Of a stretch of DNA of 64,000 nt, positions 38,494 through 48,846 are shown piece by piece (the first letter of the stretch is position 1; each line of letters opens with the position of its first letter). The position numbers and the translations under genes are program-made. Under the pieces are notes generated by a model. It did not search any database, had not been told where the DNA came from, and was given only the letters and a program-made list of their open reading frames with translations. The DNA comes from Candidatus Krumholzibacteriia bacterium (lineage in GTDB: Bacteria > Krumholzibacteriota > Krumholzibacteriia > JAJRXK01), in assembly GCA_041484665.1 (NCBI GenBank), contig JBGPIA010000015.1, positions 32,001 to 96,000 on the forward strand, given 5' to 3'.

Positions 38494-39819
38494 TCAGCCC
38501 ATGGCCGCCTGGGAACGGGGCGTGGTCGCAGGTGCGGGGTGCTCCGCCGCGGCCTGCGCCAGGAGCAGCGGGCGTCGGCGTAACCAACCCAGGGCCAAGA
38601 GCGCCCAGGTCGCCTCGAGCGCTCCCGAGGCGATCAGCACCGCCACCACGCCGAAGCGCTCGGCCAACAGCGCCCCCGCTCCGATCGAGCCGACCGACAG
38701 GGGCCCGAAGACCGGCCCCAGCCAGCCGAAGGCGCGCCCGCGCGCCTGCTCGGGTACGCGCTCCTGGAACAGGCTGACGACATGCACCTCGATCAGGCCG
38801 CCCAGCAGCCCGAACACCGCGACCAGCACGAGCGCCGGCGCCAGTGTGCGCATCAGGGCGAACAGCACGAGCGCCGCTCCGTCGGCCGCGCACGCCACCG
38901 GAATCAGGCGCAGAGGCGAGATGAAGCGGCGCAGCGGCTGCGCCAGAACGCTGCCCAGGATCCCGCCCAGGCCGGCCATGGACATGACCAGCCCCAGCTC
39001 GGCCGACCCGGTTCGCAGCACCTGTTTCACGAACAGCACCAGCATCGGCTGCTGCAGGCTCGTGATCAGCACGGTGAGGGCGAAGAAGCCGATGGCGAAG
39101 CGCAGCGGCCGGTCGCCCCACACCAGGGTCGCGCCCTGGCGCGTCTCGGCCAGGAAGGCGCGCACCGGATGCCCGCCGGGGGCGATCCCACCGTGCAGCG
39201 GCGGGGGGACGCGGCCCACGCCCAGCAACAGGAGCGCGCTCGCCACATAGGTGCAGGCATCGATCTGGAATGCAGCGGTCGTGCCCAGCGCCGCGATCAA
39301 GAGCCCGCCCACGGCCGGGCCGATGAGCAGCAGCAGGTGCAGCGTGGCCACCGTCAGTGCGTTGGCCCGCATGATCTGACGCGGCGCGACGATCGAGGGC
39401 AGCACGGCCATGCGGGCCGGCTCGTGGAACTGGCGCGCCACGGACAGCAGGGCGGCGATAGCCAGGATCTGCGGCAGGCTCGTGGCGGTAGGCACCAGCA
39501 GCACGAGCCCGCAGCGCAGCACATCCATGTAGGCCATCATGCGACGGCGGTCCACGCGGTCGATCAGCCATCCCGAGAAGGGCGCGAGCAGCGTGGCGGG
39601 CAGCACCTGGGCGATGGCCAGCGCCCCGATGTCCAGGGCGCGCCCGGTGAGGTTGAAGACCAGGATGTAGAGCGCGAGCGCGTGGACGCGGTCGCCGAAA
39701 GCGCTGACGGTGTCGGCGAGGTAGAGGCTGGCGAAGCGGCGGTTGCGCCGTAGCGGCAACGCGGCGGAGGCAGGTTGGGCAGCGCCAGGCGCAGAATCGG
39801 CAGGGGGGTCGGCGCTCAC
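38494..39819 (-). CDS. MFS transporter
   Basis: GWLIDRVDRRR, EPARMAVLP, RGRAFG; about 12 TM. Confidence 0.9.
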   Translation of the reverse strand: MSADPPADSAPGAAQPASAALPLRRNRRFASLYLADTVSAFGDRVHALALYILVFNLTGRALDIGALAIAQVLPATLLAPFSGWLIDRVDRRRMMAYMDVLRCGLVLLVPTATSLPQILAIAALLSVARQFHEPARMAVLPSIVAPRQIMRANALTVATLHLLLLIGPAVGGLLIAALGTTAAFQIDACTYVASALLLLGVGRVPPPLHGGIAPGGHPVRAFLAETRQGATLVWGDRPLRFAIGFFALTVLITSLQQPMLVLFVKQVLRTGSAELGLVMSMAGLGGILGSVLAQPLRRFISPLRLIPVACAADGAALVLFALMRTLAPALVLVAVFGLLGGLIEVHVVSLFQERVPEQARGRAFGWLGPVFGPLSVGSIGAGALLAERFGVVAVLIASGALEATWALLALGWLRRRPLLLAQAAAEHPAPATTPRSQAAMG

Positions 39820-41177
39820 ACGGGGATTCTACCCCGCCGCCGCCGCCGCGCCACCTCCAGGATCTGCAGGCCGGGCAGGCGCACCACGCGCCCGTAGTTG
39901 GGTCCGTCGACGCGCAGCCGCACGTGGGCCTGGTCGTGGTCGTACTCCACCGAGAGCACCTCGGCCAGCGCGTGGAGCTGCGCGAGCGTACGCGACTGCG
40001 AGGTCTCCACGGCCACCAGCAGCTCGCGCTGCTCGCCGCGCAAGCGTGACCGCACTTCCTCGTGCAGCGCCGCAATCCCGGTGCCGGCGGTCGCGCTGGT
40101 GAAGAGCGCATCCGGATAGCGCTGCGCCAGCTCTTCCAGTCGCTGCGGCTCCGCCACCAGGTCGATCTTGTTGAAGACCAGCACGGTGGGTTGCGGTTGT
40201 GGGCAGACCTCTGCCAGTACGGCGTCGACCGCCAGGATCTGGCCTTCCAGATCGGCCGCCGAGGCGTCCACGATGTGGAACAACAGGTTGGACTCGTTGA
40301 TCTCGCTCAACGTGGCGCGGAAGCTCTCCACCAGATCGTGGGGCAGCTTGCGGATGAACCCCACGGTGTCCGTCAGCAGGAAGTCGTGGCGGTCGTCCAG
40401 GCGCACCCGCCGGGTGGTGGCGTCCAGCGTGGCGAACAGCTGGTCGCGGACGTACACGCCGGCCTCCGTGATGCAGTTCATGATGGAGCTCTTGCCGGCG
40501 TTGGTATAGCCCACCAGGGTCACGCGGTAGTAGCGGTCGCGCTGCTTGTGTTGTGTCGCCATCTGGCGCTGGACCGCCGCGAGCTCGCGCTTCAGCTGCG
40601 CGATGCGAGTGCGGATGATGCGGCGGTCGGTCTCCAGCTGCGACTCGCCGGGTCCACGCGTGCCGATGCCGCCGGCCTGCCGCTCCAGGTGCTCCCACAT
40701 GCGCGTGAGCCGCGGCAGCATGTACTCGTACTGTGCCAGCTCCACCTGCAGGCAGGCCTGACGGGTGCGGGCGTGGCGGGCGAAGATATCCAGGATCAGC
40801 TCGGTACGGTCGATCACCCGCACGCCGAGCTGCTTCTCCAGATTGCGCCCCTGGGCGGGGGCCAGGGTGTTGTCGAAGACGACGAGGTCGGCCGTGACGC
40901 TCTCGATGAGCTGCTTGAGCTGCTCGACCTTTCCCTTGCCCAGGAGGCTGCGGACGTCGGGACGGGCGCGCCGCTGCTCGACGCGGGCCATCACCACGGC
41001 CCCGGCGGTCTCGGCCAGCCGCTCGAGCTCCTCGAGGTCGGCCCACTCCTGGCGCGCCCCAGGGGAGCCGCCGGTCAGGTGCACGCCTACGAGAACGGCG
41101 CGCTCGCGGGTCGGGCCGGTGGAGGTGGGGTGGGATCGCGGCTCAGTGCGGCGGCGCTCGGACTTGGTCTTGGCCAA
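39816..41177 (-). CDS. hflX: GTPase HflX
   Basis: GKGK, LILDIF, GIGTRGPGESQLETDRR, GYTNAGKS, LFATLD, DTVGF, NKID. Confidence 0.96.
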   Translation of the reverse strand: MAKTKSERRRTEPRSHPTSTGPTRERAVLVGVHLTGGSPGARQEWADLEELERLAETAGAVVMARVEQRRARPDVRSLLGKGKVEQLKQLIESVTADLVVFDNTLAPAQGRNLEKQLGVRVIDRTELILDIFARHARTRQACLQVELAQYEYMLPRLTRMWEHLERQAGGIGTRGPGESQLETDRRIIRTRIAQLKRELAAVQRQMATQHKQRDRYYRVTLVGYTNAGKSSIMNCITEAGVYVRDQLFATLDATTRRVRLDDRHDFLLTDTVGFIRKLPHDLVESFRATLSEINESNLLFHIVDASAADLEGQILAVDAVLAEVCPQPQPTVLVFNKIDLVAEPQRLEELAQRYPDALFTSATAGTGIAALHEEVRSRLRGEQRELLVAVETSQSRTLAQLHALAEVLSVEYDHDQAHVRLRVDGPNYGRVVRLPGLQILEVARRRRRGRIPV

Positions 41178-41271
41178 AGGGCCTCGCTGGGCTGAGGTGC
41201 AGATCGGCGGAGCGGCAGCCGGGGGCAGGGGGGCGCTCCGCGGGGAGTGTACCAGACCGCGCGCAGGCGCG

Positions 41272-42738
41272 TCAGCGCAGCGAGATGGTGCCCATCCGCG
41301 AGGAAGCGATGGTGCCGCCGCCGTGCAACGCCACCACCTGCCACAGGATCAAGCTATCGGTCGCTCCCGCCGCCCCGAGCTGGTCGCGGCCGACCACCAG
41401 CGACTGGATGGCGACCGGGTTGGTCTCGGCAAGCTGCTGCTTGTCGCGGCCGTAGAACAGGACCTGGTAGGCGTCGGCGCCGTCGACCGGATCCCAGTGC
41501 AGCACCCAGCGGTCCGTGCCCAGCGACTCGGCCGCGGAGGCGGGGAAGCTCGCCTTGCCCGCGAGCTCGTCCCCCGGGTGGGCGGCCGGGCCGCTGCGGC
41601 GGACCGCCTGCGCCAGACGCGTCCGCTGGTCGTCACCCCAGAGCACGAGGCCTCCGCCCTCACCCTTGGGCGTGTTGCGGTGCAGCAGCGTCATTGCGGC
41701 GATCACGCCGGCGACCAGCATCAGCAGCCCAGCCGAGCTCCACGCCACAGCCTGTGGCACCCGTCCCAGGCGGCGGTGCGGGCGGCGCGCGAGGCGCTCC
41801 GCCGCGGGTCCGCCGCCGGTCCACAACACCCGCTCGCTGCGCAGGCGGGTCGTCAGTGCCGCCGCTAGTTGCTTCTCCGCGCCGCGCGCCTGGGCGGCGG
41901 CCGGCAGTCGGCCAGGGGCCGCCTCGAAGGAGGCGAACTGCAGCGCCAGCGCCCGGCAGCGGGGGCAGGTGGCGACGTGCTGGCGCAGGGCCTCCTGCTC
42001 GGGAAGCGCCAGCACCTGGGGCACGCGCGCTGGCTCGATGCAGGGCTGCGCGGTCGCAGCCACCGGCCCGGTGTTCGCGGCTTCGCAGGGCGCGGTTGCG
42101 GCGCTGGCCGGGACCGCGGCAGCCGCAGCCTCCGCCTCCTCCAGTGCCGCGCGCAACTTGGCGCGGGCAGCGCGCAGCACCTCGCGGGCGGCGCCGGGCC
42201 CGCCGGGGATGCGCAGCAGCCGAGCAACCTCCACCACCGGGGCCCTTTCCAGACAGCGCAGGGCGAGGGCGTCCTGCTCGCGCGGCTCCAGCGCGTGGCG
42301 CATCCGCCCGAGCATCAGCGGTTCGAGCCCCTCGCCGGCGAGCCGCGGCGGCCCGCTGCCCCCCGCTTCTACGACGTGCCACTGCGGCTCTTCGTCGTCC
42401 ACCAGCAGGGCTGGGGCCCGCGCTGCGCCGTGCACGCGGCGCCGCGTCAGCGCGAAGAGCCAGCCGGAGCTGCGCACGCCCTCACCCACGGTGCCGGTGG
42501 TCCCCGTGACCCCCGTGGCGCCGGTCAGCGCGCGTGCGGCCTCCAGCAGCGTGCTGCGGGCCAGCTCCAGCGCCGCATCGCGACCCCCCGTGATCCGGAA
42601 GCAGAAGGCGTAGACCCGCCCCGCCCAACGACCCAGCAGCTCGAGAGCGGCGTCCGCGCCCGGCGGGGTCGTGGCATGCTCCAGAGCCAGACGCAGGAGC
42701 TCCTCGTCGTCGTGGTGGCGCAGCGTGTTCTTCGCCAT
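41272..42738 (-). CDS. ECF sigma-factor-like domain fused to zinc anti-sigma motif, TM helix and extracytoplasmic domain
   Basis: Region 2-like RVYAFCFRITG..DAA.E.A...WLF; region 4-like LEPREQDALALR...EVARLL...RAARAKLR; HVATCPRC; TM; WDPVDGADAYQV. Confidence 0.72.
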   Translation of the reverse strand: MAKNTLRHHDDEELLRLALEHATTPPGADAALELLGRWAGRVYAFCFRITGGRDAALELARSTLLEAARALTGATGVTGTTGTVGEGVRSSGWLFALTRRRVHGAARAPALLVDDEEPQWHVVEAGGSGPPRLAGEGLEPLMLGRMRHALEPREQDALALRCLERAPVVEVARLLRIPGGPGAAREVLRAARAKLRAALEEAEAAAAAVPASAATAPCEAANTGPVAATAQPCIEPARVPQVLALPEQEALRQHVATCPRCRALALQFASFEAAPGRLPAAAQARGAEKQLAAALTTRLRSERVLWTGGGPAAERLARRPHRRLGRVPQAVAWSSAGLLMLVAGVIAAMTLLHRNTPKGEGGGLVLWGDDQRTRLAQAVRRSGPAAHPGDELAGKASFPASAAESLGTDRWVLHWDPVDGADAYQVLFYGRDKQQLAETNPVAIQSLVVGRDQLGAAGATDSLILWQVVALHGGGTIASSRMGTISLR

Positions 42739-42816
42739 GACGCAATCCTATCCGTCGCACGCCGTTGCAGCAAGGCGATGCGCTACGGCGCGGTGAACGC
42801 GGCTATACTGGCCGGC

Positions 42817-43395
42817 ATGGAATCCGATCCGTACGCGCTCCTGGAGCGATGGTACGACGAGGCGGTGGCTGCTGGGGCGCCCCAGCCCGAGGCGATGGGT
42901 CTGGCGACGGCGACCTCCAACGGGCGCCCGTCGCTGCGCACGGTGCTCTATAAGGGCGTCCGCGATGGCCGGATCTGCTTCTACACGAACTACGACAGCC
43001 GCAAGGGGCGCGAGCTGGCCGCCAATCCGCACGCCGCGCTCTCGCTCTACTGGGAGGCGCTCCGGCGGCAGGTGCGCATCGAAGGTACGGCAGCGCCCCT
43101 CACGCCCGGGGAATCCGACGCATACTGGCGCACGCGCCCGCGCGAGAGCCAGCTCGCGGCGTGGGCCTCGCGCCAGAGCGCGGTGCTGGGAAATCGCGCG
43201 GAGCTGCTCGCGGAGTTCGCCTACGCCGGCATGCGGTTCGCGGGCCGTCCGGTGCCCCGCCCGCAGAACTGGGGCGGCTTCGGGGTTCTCCCCGAGCGCT
43301 TCGAGTTCTGGATCAACGCCGAGCACCGGCTGCACGACCGGCTGCTCTACGAGCGCGACGGCGACCGTTGGCAGGCCGTGCGGCTGGCGCCCTGA
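42817..43395 (+). CDS. pdxH: Pyridoxamine 5'-phosphate oxidase
   Basis: AMGLAT, PSLRTVLYK, FYTNYDSRKG, RQVRIEG, RPRESQL.AWAS.QS, EFW.....RLHDR. Confidence 0.95.
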   Translation: MESDPYALLERWYDEAVAAGAPQPEAMGLATATSNGRPSLRTVLYKGVRDGRICFYTNYDSRKGRELAANPHAALSLYWEALRRQVRIEGTAAPLTPGESDAYWRTRPRESQLAAWASRQSAVLGNRAELLAEFAYAGMRFAGRPVPRPQNWGGFGVLPERFEFWINAEHRLHDRLLYERDGDRWQAVRLAP

Positions 43396-43685
43396 CCGCA
43401 GCGCCACGGCGGAGGGCATGGCCAAGCGCGCGGACCCCGCGCGCCGCTGGCCCCCCGTCCGTATGCCCCCGGCTGCCGCCCCGGAATCCACGGAGCGCTG
43501 TCCACGGGGCGCGGTGGGGGCGATGGTCCGCACGCGCACGCGCCGCGGCATCACGAGGAGCGATGCGCCGCGAGCGTCGCGCTGCGCGATGGAGCGCTCT
43601 CGCGCTTGTTCCCCCACGCGCAGCGCTCATCCTGTAGACTTGATGTGGAGGGGGGCGACGTCTCCAATTCGCTGGAGGCCCGCCG

Positions 43686-43973
43686 ATGTCGAAGATGCGC
43701 AACGCTCGCCGGTCCCTGCTCGCCCGCTCGCGCATGGCTGCGCTGCGCTCTGGCGCGCGCCCCCGCCTCGCGCGCGCCGTCACCAGCCTGCTCAAGCTCA
43801 CCCGCGCTCCGCTGCGCTCGCGTTCGCTGGCGCTGTACCCGGGTGTCGTGGAGCCGTCGGCCGATACGGCCCTCGAGATGGACGCGTGGTATACGCCCGT
43901 CCCGCAGCCCGCGTCCCTGGATCCGGCCGCGCGCGCAAGCCCGGGCGCATGGTGGCAGGGCCGCGCGCGCTGA
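43686..43973 (+). CDS. Possible small hypothetical protein
   Basis: GGAGG upstream of ATG; 95 aa, basic N-terminal half; no recognisable motif. Confidence 0.3.
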   Translation: MSKMRNARRSLLARSRMAALRSGARPRLARAVTSLLKLTRAPLRSRSLALYPGVVEPSADTALEMDAWYTPVPQPASLDPAARASPGAWWQGRAR

Positions 43974-44043
43974 CGAGCTGCCGCCGGTCAGTGCGGGGTT
44001 ACGCGCTCGTGCCGGCCGAAACGGGATCACGAGCTCCCGCTGG

Positions 44044-45819
44044 TTAGAGCGGGGTCACGCGCACTTCGTCGAACCAAGCCTGCGAGTCTGACCACAGCCG
44101 GAATCCGACGGTGCCGGCGGTGAAGACGCTGTCGTGCACCTCGACCACCAGCACGCCGTCCACCCAGGCGCGCAGCCAGTCACCCTGGACGGCCACGCGG
44201 CAGTGGCGCCACGTGCCGTACCAGGGAGCGTTGGCGAGCGCGCTGATATTCCTCTTTTCGACGAAGGCCAGCGGGGTGGTCTCCTGCCCGTCGTGGATCC
44301 GGCGGAACATGAACGAGCCGCTCTGCCAGCCCGGATCGTACTGGAACACGTACGAGTCCTGCTTGGTGTCATCGAGAACGTCCTGGGCGCGGAAGTAGAT
44401 GCCGTAACCCTTGCCCTGGTCCAGGTAGGCCACGACGTCGACCTGCACGTCGGACCACATGGCCTCGTTGTTCCAAAAGACCCGGCGGTCGGCCGGATTT
44501 CCCGCGACCGGGCAGGTAAACGTGCTGCGCCCGTCCTTTTGCGCGACGAGCCAGTGGCCGTAGACCTGGGTCCAGGGGTAGGGCACGAGCAGCTTGCCGC
44601 TGAAGTCGTCGAAGATGTCGTACTGGAAGGCGCCAATCAGCACGCCGCCACGGCCGTCGCCGCTGAACCAGACGTGATTGCCCACCGCCACGCTGTTGGA
44701 CGAGCCGGCGTTGGCCAGGTCGAGGGTGCCCAGCGCGGTGTACACGTCGGCCGCGCTGTGATGGGCGAGCTGCAGGCCGGCCTCGCCGTTGGCCCGGAAG
44801 AACAACAGACCGTCATCGGTCGCGAGCCCGTTGGGAGTGCCGTCTGCCCAGGGCATGGCCAGGCGGGCCTCGTGGTTGATGAGGTCGACGGCAACGATGC
44901 CGTCGCTGCTGTTCACGTAGTAGACGTCGCCGACCACCACGCCGCGGGTGGGCGCCATGGGCGGCAAACCGGCGATCGGCACCAGATCGATGCCGCCGTC
45001 GGTCTGGACGAAGACGACGCCCTGGCCGGTGAGCACGGCCACCCCGCCCGGAGCGCGGGCGAGGTTGCGCGCGTCGGCGAGCTCCACCAGCCCGGTCTCG
45101 GCCGGCGCCAGCCCGTCGCTGGCGTCGAGCAAGAAGAGTCCGCCGTTATCGCCCGTCACCACGGACAGGTGCGAGCCGGACGCCAGCGCCGCGAGCGCAG
45201 TGTGCGCCCCGAGTGCCACGCGCGACGCGAGCCGCGGGGATGCCGGGTCGCTGACGTCATAAGCGTCCACGATTGCCCCCTGGCGATCGTTGCCCAGGAC
45301 GTAGGCGACCGTCCCCGCGAGCACGGCGCTGTTGTACTCGGCGTCGGCGAAGAGCACCTCCGCGGTCATCACGGGGTTATACGGATCCGAGACGTCGAAG
45401 AGCTGTAGGGCTCCCTTGGCCACCTCGCCGGCGTAGTTGGCCGTCGCCACGCCGAGCTTGCCGTCGGAGTCGATCACCATGTCGGTGATCTGGACCGCCT
45501 CCCCTGCGACTTGCGGCGGGGCGACCACGGCGCGCCCCTCGAAGGTCACGCCCGTGTAGCCGTCCAGCGCCTGCGATTCGAATGTGAAGATGGGGAATTT
45601 CGGGCCGGGCGCGTTGCCACGGCCGGGCGGCAGCACGAAGCGGCGGACATTGCCCGATTGCGCGAAGCTCAGCGCCTGCACGCCGCGGTGCTGCAGGAGT
45701 GAGCCGTAGGGACCATTCACCGCCCCGCTGCTGTCCGTCGGGGCGGTCGAATCGTTGCTGCAACCGGCAATGGCGAGCGTGGCGCACGCGCACGCTGCGA
45801 GGGCACGACGGGGAAGCAT
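44044..45819 (-). CDS. Lipoprotein with LVIVD-like propeller repeats and C-terminal DUF1080/lectin-like domain
   Basis: Lipobox LAIAGC; FDVSDP and YDVSDPASP repeats; WRHCRVAVQGD..RAWVDG...D....GTVGFR..WFDEVRV. Confidence 0.75.
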   Translation of the reverse strand: MLPRRALAACACATLAIAGCSNDSTAPTDSSGAVNGPYGSLLQHRGVQALSFAQSGNVRRFVLPPGRGNAPGPKFPIFTFESQALDGYTGVTFEGRAVVAPPQVAGEAVQITDMVIDSDGKLGVATANYAGEVAKGALQLFDVSDPYNPVMTAEVLFADAEYNSAVLAGTVAYVLGNDRQGAIVDAYDVSDPASPRLASRVALGAHTALAALASGSHLSVVTGDNGGLFLLDASDGLAPAETGLVELADARNLARAPGGVAVLTGQGVVFVQTDGGIDLVPIAGLPPMAPTRGVVVGDVYYVNSSDGIVAVDLINHEARLAMPWADGTPNGLATDDGLLFFRANGEAGLQLAHHSAADVYTALGTLDLANAGSSNSVAVGNHVWFSGDGRGGVLIGAFQYDIFDDFSGKLLVPYPWTQVYGHWLVAQKDGRSTFTCPVAGNPADRRVFWNNEAMWSDVQVDVVAYLDQGKGYGIYFRAQDVLDDTKQDSYVFQYDPGWQSGSFMFRRIHDGQETTPLAFVEKRNISALANAPWYGTWRHCRVAVQGDWLRAWVDGVLVVEVHDSVFTAGTVGFRLWSDSQAWFDEVRVTPL

Positions 45820-46108
45820 GGGCAAGGACCTCCCGCGCAGCGCCCCGGCTCCCCCCAGTGCTGTGCCGGGCCGTTGCGACGCTGCGTAGAGCCCTGCGAA
45901 GGGCATGCCGCACCCGACACTGCGCGGCAGCGCGTGCGATCACTGCGGACGGTTGCGCAATCGCTTTCGGGGAGCCAGCCGCCCGGACCGGCGGCCACAA
46001 AGCCCTGGACGGCACGGATGGCAGGAGAGGGCCAAGGATCGGAGCTGACAACACGCGGGCGAGGCGGTGCCGACGGCGCACGGTGGCAGGGCCGTGCGCG
46101 CTGACCAC

Positions 46109-47446
46109 TCAAAACGTGACGGTGAACTCCGCCCCCCCGTCACGCCCCTCCAGTGCGAACTCGAATCGATGGGCGACGAGGATCTCGCGCACGAGCGTGA
46201 GGCCGATCCCCTGACCGTTCTCCTTGGTGGTGAAGAACGGAGCGAAGAGCTGGTCGCGCACCGCCGGCGGGATGCCGCCGCCCGAGTCCTCGATCGCCAC
46301 CCGGGCGCGCCCGCCCACCCGCGCCAGGCGCAGGGTGATCGTCCCCCGCTCGCCGATCGCCTCCGTGGCGTTCTTCAGCACGTTGAGGAACACCTGCTCC
46401 ATCTGGGCCGGATCCATCAGCAGCTCGGGCGGCTCCTGCTCGACCGCCCAGCGCAGCTCGATGGCCCGGCGGCGCGCGTCGATGGCCAGCAGCGCGACGA
46501 CGCCCTCCAGCAGCCGCCGCAGGTCGGTGGGACGGCGATGTGGCGGCGGCAGGCGCACCACGTCGGCAAACCCCTGCATGAAGTCGCTCATGCGGCGCGT
46601 GCGGCCGATGGCGACCTCCAGCGCCTGGGCGAACTCGCCGCGGTCGGGCTCGCGCAGCTGCCCGCCGTAGGAGAGGCAGGCGTGCAGCAGCGACGCCACC
46701 GCACCGGTGGTGTTGTTTACCTCGTGGGAGAGCATGCGGATGAGCTTCTCGTAGGCGGCCTTCTCGGAGCGCCGCAGCTCCTCGGTGAGCTCCTCGAGCA
46801 TGAGGAAATCGCGCGGGAAGCCCCGGTCCATGAAGCGGGAGCGCTGGCACTTCACACGGCGGCGGCCTTGCAGCGGGAGGACCTGCGGCTCGTCCAGCGG
46901 CAGCTCCTGCAGCCGTCGCGCGAACGAGCTGCCGAGCTCGTCCAGGCGCACCCCCTGCAGAGCGGGACCGGCCGCGCCCACCAGGCGCTCCGCCGCCGGG
47001 TTCGTTGCGGCAATGCGCCCGTCGAAGTCGAGGACGACCACGCCCGATGGGGAGGCCGCGAGGATGCGATCGAGGAATAGGTGCTGCTCCTGCTGGCGAG
47101 TGCGCTCCTCGCGCAGGTGATCCACCATCGTGTTGTAGAGGTCGACGAGTTGGTCGACCTCGGGCTGGCCCACGGGGCGCAGGCGGCTGGTGAAGTCGCT
47201 CTCCCGCAACAGCTCGGCGCCGGAGCGTGCCAGCTCCAGTGGGGCGATGGTCGCGCGCAGCAGTCGCAACGCCGTGACGAAGGACACCGCGAAGAGCGCC
47301 TCGACGGCCAGCAGCCAGACGCGGTGGCCGCGCAGGAACGCCACGCTCGCCGCAGCAAACACCAGATGGAGCAGCACGAGGTAGAGCAGGAACCGGCGGC
47401 GCAGGCTGCCACCCCTGCTGCGAGTTCGGCTGGGGCGTGCGCTCAC
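46109..47446 (-). CDS. Sensor histidine kinase (PAS, NtrB/NtrY-like)
   Basis: 2 TM, LSHEVNN, NVLKNA, DSGGGI, FFTTK.NGQGIGL; GTGA overlap. Confidence 0.9.
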   Translation of the reverse strand: MSARPSRTRSRGGSLRRRFLLYLVLLHLVFAAASVAFLRGHRVWLLAVEALFAVSFVTALRLLRATIAPLELARSGAELLRESDFTSRLRPVGQPEVDQLVDLYNTMVDHLREERTRQQEQHLFLDRILAASPSGVVVLDFDGRIAATNPAAERLVGAAGPALQGVRLDELGSSFARRLQELPLDEPQVLPLQGRRRVKCQRSRFMDRGFPRDFLMLEELTEELRRSEKAAYEKLIRMLSHEVNNTTGAVASLLHACLSYGGQLREPDRGEFAQALEVAIGRTRRMSDFMQGFADVVRLPPPHRRPTDLRRLLEGVVALLAIDARRRAIELRWAVEQEPPELLMDPAQMEQVFLNVLKNATEAIGERGTITLRLARVGGRARVAIEDSGGGIPPAVRDQLFAPFFTTKENGQGIGLTLVREILVAHRFEFALEGRDGGAEFTVTF

Positions 47447-48816
47447 GATCGCAGGCCGTACTTCTCCAGCCGCCGGTAGAGTGCCGCGCGGCTGAGCCCC
47501 AGGGCAAGGGCGACCTTGCTGACGTTGCCCCCGTGGTGCTCGAGGCTCTTGCGGATCATGGCTTTCTCGAGGGCCTCGATGGTCATGCTGCCAACGGCGG
47601 GCAGGCGAGGGTCGCCGTGCTCGGTGGACTCCATCTGCAGGCCCACCTGCAGGTCCTCCGCCGCGATCTCGCAACGGTCGGAGACCAGCACCGCCCGCTC
47701 GATCAGGTGGCGTAGCTGCCGCGCGTTTCCCGGCCAGGCATACCCGCGCATCCACCGCTGCGCCGCCGCGCCCAGCAAGAGCCCCGCGCGGCCGTAGGTC
47801 GCGGCCGCCTGGGCGAGGAAGTGGCGCGCCAGCAGCGGGATGTCATCGGGGCGCTCGCGCAGCGGTGGCAGGTGGAGCGCGATCAGGTTGAGCCGGTACA
47901 GCAGATCCTCCCGGAAGCGCCCCTCCTCGACCGCTGCCTTCAGGTCGCGATTGGTCGCTGCGATCACCCGCAGATCCAGACCGACGGGACGGCTGGAGCC
48001 CAGCGGCTCCATCTGGCGGTCCTGCAGCACGCGCAGCAGCTTGACCTGGCAGCTCGCCTCCAACTCCCCCACCTCGTCGAGGAAGATCGTCCCGCCGATC
48101 GCCAGCGCGAACCGCCCCACCCGGTCGCGGCGCGCGTCGGTGAAGGCGCCCTTCACGTGCCCGAACATCTCGCTCTCGAACAGCGCCGGCGGAACTCCAC
48201 CCAGGTTGACCTTCACGAAGGGGCCGGCGTGGCGCAGGCTGTTGCGATGGATCGCCGCGGCCACCAGCTCCTTGCCCGTACCGCTCTCGCCCGTGATGAG
48301 CACCGAAGCGTCGGTGCGGCTGACCCGCCCCGCCACCTCCAACATCGCGAGCAGCCGAGGGTCGCGCCCAAGGATCTCGCGGAAGTCGTAGGCCAGGTCG
48401 AGCTCCTCGCGCGTGCGCGTGCGCGCCTCGCGCGCGCCGCTGCGGGTGGCCGCCAGCCCCAGCGTCGTGCGCACCGACTGCAGCAGCTGCTCGTTGGTCC
48501 ACGGCTTAGTGATGAAATCGGCGGCTCCGGCCTTCATGCCGGCCACGGCCAGGGCGATGGAGCCCCAGGCCGTGATCAGGATCACCGGGAGGTCGGGCCG
48601 GCGCGCGCGGATGCGCTCGAGCAGCGCCAGACCCTCCGCGCCGGTGGTGCCCCGGGAGAAGTTCATGTCCTGCAGAATCAGCGCGAGCTCGGGCCGGGAG
48701 AGCTCGGTCAGGGCCGCCTGCGGGCCGGCCACCGGCAGCGGCGCGTAGCCCGCCTGCTTGAGGACGAGGCCCAGCGAGTGGCGGACCGAGGCGTCGTCGT
48801 CGACGATCAGGATCAT
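47443..48816 (-). CDS. Sigma54-type response regulator (REC-AAA-Fis HTH)
   Basis: LIVDDD, QDMNF, GESGTGKE, ESEMFGHVKGAFTDA, FLDE, WPGN.RQL, ALYRRLEKY. Confidence 0.93.
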   Translation of the reverse strand: MILIVDDDASVRHSLGLVLKQAGYAPLPVAGPQAALTELSRPELALILQDMNFSRGTTGAEGLALLERIRARRPDLPVILITAWGSIALAVAGMKAGAADFITKPWTNEQLLQSVRTTLGLAATRSGAREARTRTREELDLAYDFREILGRDPRLLAMLEVAGRVSRTDASVLITGESGTGKELVAAAIHRNSLRHAGPFVKVNLGGVPPALFESEMFGHVKGAFTDARRDRVGRFALAIGGTIFLDEVGELEASCQVKLLRVLQDRQMEPLGSSRPVGLDLRVIAATNRDLKAAVEEGRFREDLLYRLNLIALHLPPLRERPDDIPLLARHFLAQAAATYGRAGLLLGAAAQRWMRGYAWPGNARQLRHLIERAVLVSDRCEIAAEDLQVGLQMESTEHGDPRLPAVGSMTIEALEKAMIRKSLEHHGGNVSKVALALGLSRAALYRRLEKYGLRS

Positions 48817-48846
48817 GATCCCCCGTCCGCCAGCGCGCGATATCGT

